Positions 62,256 through 64,000 of a DNA stretch of 64,000 nucleotides are shown here, piece after piece. Numbering within the stretch: the stretch's first letter is position 1; every line of letters starts with the position of its first letter. This stretch comes from Cyanobacteriota bacterium (GTDB lineage Bacteria; Cyanobacteriota; Cyanobacteriia; Thermostichales; Thermostichaceae), in assembly GCA_033764955.1 (NCBI GenBank), contig JANRIL010000005.1, forward strand, positions 1 to 64,000. Direction: 5' to 3'. A program made the translations under genes and the position numbers. Below the pieces are notes generated by a model. It saw nothing but the letters and a program-made list of their open reading frames with translations, searched no databases and was not told the DNA's origin.

Positions 62256-63268
62256 CGTCCTGAAAGCTTACTCCAAAATTCTTGACTAGCTCTTGCACAC
62301 CGGAAGCTTTCCAAAGCGAGATTAATACAAACTCGAACCTCATTAGCTTCAAACTTGTGAGATGAGATACCTGCATGAGCCGAAATATTTCTGAACATTC
62401 TCAAAGGTGTTAATAAGCCAGGAACCGTCAACACAGAATCTAAATTCTTATCAACGTAATCTCGGTTTCTGCTGCTTATCTCAGAGTATTTCCTGAAGAA
62501 GAAAGTGACTGCTCCCAGAGGGTCTTTTTGTTTCTTCAAATCAATATCGAAATCATTGGAAAATCTCTGTGCTGGCGGATAGTGCGTTAAAAAATCTAAA
62601 AGATCATTTATAAAAACCTCGCTTGAAGTTGTTGCATCCACTACTGCGCTGCGAAAATTGTCGCCTTGAAAAAAAGAGAATATACTTTTTCTCAAATCAT
62701 TACTTATTCTCTGAAGAAATGAACTTTCAGAAACCCCAGAAAATATTTTGTCAATTTCTTCAAGGTAAAAGATTAAGTCAAAATAGCTTAGCCGTGACAG
62801 ATCGGCAATTCCTGTAAATGGGGGTAGTTGAACATATTCATAATGTTCTCCCCAAACAGGTTCATCCGGTATTTCTCTTGGAGGAAACAATAGAGAGATG
62901 TAGTAAATATTTTCTATCTTTAGCAAACTTGCAGTGAGATAGAGTTGGGCAGTAACAGATTTTTGTCCATTGGTTAAGTCTACGTATTTAAGAGAATCTT
63001 CCTTGAAAACAGCAGTAAAATCTTCTGCCTTTCCAATTCCATCAGTGCTTAAGGGCACTTTTTCTATTCTTATTTGATTGCCTAAAAATGCTTCATATAA
63101 ATTGACCTGCTCAGTAAAAAGATTGTCCTTAAGAGCTTCAGACGAAGAGAAAAGGACAACTTTTAATATTGGAGTACTTCTATTTTTCTTTATCAAACTT
63201 TTTATAGTAATTGCTACAAGCCTAACTGTGTTAAGGTTTGTGTTTCCGCAAGTGTATAAAACAGACAT
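62252..63268 (-). CDS. CARF-HEPN effector (Csm6/Csx1-like architecture) (cassette 1)
   Basis: N-terminal VLYTCGNT and VDLTNGQK CARF motifs; C-terminal helical region with R-x4-H (RNISAH); ATGA overlap with mCpol. Confidence 0.78.
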   Translation of the reverse strand: MSVLYTCGNTNLNTVRLVAITIKSLIKKNRSTPILKVVLFSSSEALKDNLFTEQVNLYEAFLGNQIRIEKVPLSTDGIGKAEDFTAVFKEDSLKYVDLTNGQKSVTAQLYLTASLLKIENIYYISLLFPPREIPDEPVWGEHYEYVQLPPFTGIADLSRLSYFDLIFYLEEIDKIFSGVSESSFLQRISNDLRKSIFSFFQGDNFRSAVVDATTSSEVFINDLLDFLTHYPPAQRFSNDFDIDLKKQKDPLGAVTFFFRKYSEISSRNRDYVDKNLDSVLTVPGLLTPLRMFRNISAHAGISSHKFEANEVRVCINLALESFRCARASQEFWSKLSGR

Positions 63269-63345
63269 ACTATGCGCTCTGCACTCAATTTATGTTGATT
63301 CTGCCAATCATCTCTCAACTACGTCACAACAGACAAGGTGAAGGG

Positions 63346-63380
63346 GGCTAACTAGTTAGTATACGGAAATTTTCCGTATA
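63346..63380 (-). other. attI core with adjacent 21-bp palindrome
   Basis: GTTAGCC(CC) core complements the R'' of the first attC; TATACGGAAA-T-TTTCCGTATA at 63360-63380. Confidence 0.75.
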
Positions 63381-63398
63381 ACCTCCCATTTTAGGTTT

Positions 63399-63427
63399 AC
63401 TATACTGAAACTTTCTGGTTAACACAA
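63399..63427 (-). promoter_or_regulatory. Candidate Pc cassette promoter
   Basis: TTGTGT-N17-TATAGT pointing into attI. Confidence 0.35.
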
Positions 63428-63551
63428 CCATTGGGTCTAATATGCCGATTTATTCTGGGTAATATCCCCTAAAAGCGTGTTATGCCGAAATATGCATGGT
63501 TTTGTGGCAAGACTGATACTTAAGGCCAAAAAGAAGCAAGTAGAAATACTT

Positions 63552-64000
63552 ATGCCTTTGGGTGGAGAGATCCAGCCACCTAGAAAATTGCTTGATAGAG
63601 TCCGTGATGTGATTAGACTCAAGCACTACTCCTATCAGACTGAGAAAACTTATATACAATGGATTCGGCGTTTCATTTCGTTTCATAACATACGACATCC
63701 GACAGAGATGCGCGGTGCTGAGGTTAACTCATTTTTGACTCATCTTGCTGTCTCTGAGAATGTTGCAGCTTCCACTCAAAATCAGGCACTCTCGGCCATT
63801 CTGTTCCTTTATCGAGAGGTAGTCCACACTGAACTTGCTCTGAATTGGGATGCTGTTCGAGCTAAGCGTTCTCGATATCTACCCACGGTCTTGACTACTC
63901 AGGAAATTTTCTTGGTCTTACAACATATGTCGGGTGTTTACTCACTATTGACGAGATTGCTCTACGGTTGTGGTTTGCGTCTAAATGAAGCACTTCAGTT
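63552..64000 (+). CDS. intI: Integron integrase (partial, runs off the window)
   Basis: KLLDRVRDVIRLKHYSYQTEKTYIQWIRRF..FLTHLAV..VAASTQNQALSAILFLY..LPTVLT..LLYGCGLRL.E. Confidence 0.96.
   Translation, partial: MPLGGEIQPPRKLLDRVRDVIRLKHYSYQTEKTYIQWIRRFISFHNIRHPTEMRGAEVNSFLTHLAVSENVAASTQNQALSAILFLYREVVHTELALNWDAVRAKRSRYLPTVLTTQEIFLVLQHMSGVYSLLTRLLYGCGLRLNEALQ

Larger units (their letters stand above)
53320..64000. mobile_element. Chromosomal integron: intI, attI and a minus-strand cassette array
   Basis: IntI N-terminus divergent from the array; serial attC sites whose R'' complements the GTT start of the same cassette. Confidence 0.93.

Noticed and set aside
53320..63350. Recurrent ~87-bp repeats as a CRISPR array serving the CARF/mCpol genes
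   Set aside because: The repeats are imperfect, separated by whole genes and have RYYYAAC/GTTRRRY ends; they are attC sites
63437..63698. Two short minus-strand ORFs near attI
   Set aside because: They are antisense to intI and its promoter region; shadow ORFs

Overview
Cyanobacterial chromosomal window. The host DNA is saturated with the palindrome GGGATCCC rather than canonical HIP1 GCGATCGC, and dnaE is contiguous and intein-free, which suggests an early-branching Thermostichus/hot-spring-Synechococcus-like lineage (inference). Positions 1-53 kb are mostly housekeeping genes (udg, cysH, pdhA, cdsA, dnaE, thyX, desA, rnb, mlaF/mlaD, cax, ubiX, tRNA-Gly, tRNA-Asp), with an IS1 pseudogene, three MITE copies and an integrase remnant beside tRNA-Gly. 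Positions ~53.3-64 kb are a chromosomal integron: intI (truncated by the window edge and absent from the ORF track), attI, and about 7 cassettes on the minus strand bounded by attC sites that decay with distance from attI. The first cassette encodes a CRISPR-free two-gene module, a CARF-HEPN protein translationally coupled to a minimal CRISPR polymerase (mCpol). This is the best candidate for a little-characterised cyclic-nucleotide immune system. The second cassette is an AAA ATPase plus S8 protease pair (IetAS-like). A detached cassette (TetR/GNAT/SDR) with a homologous attC lies ~20 kb away on the opposite strand. Other points of interest are 23-nt micro-insertions in the IS1 catalytic motifs, a stand-alone CylC-like diiron enzyme, a Rad52/DdrA-like annealase, an unannotated PetN-like sORF and an sRNA candidate. 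All family calls come from motif recognition by eye; no searches were run.
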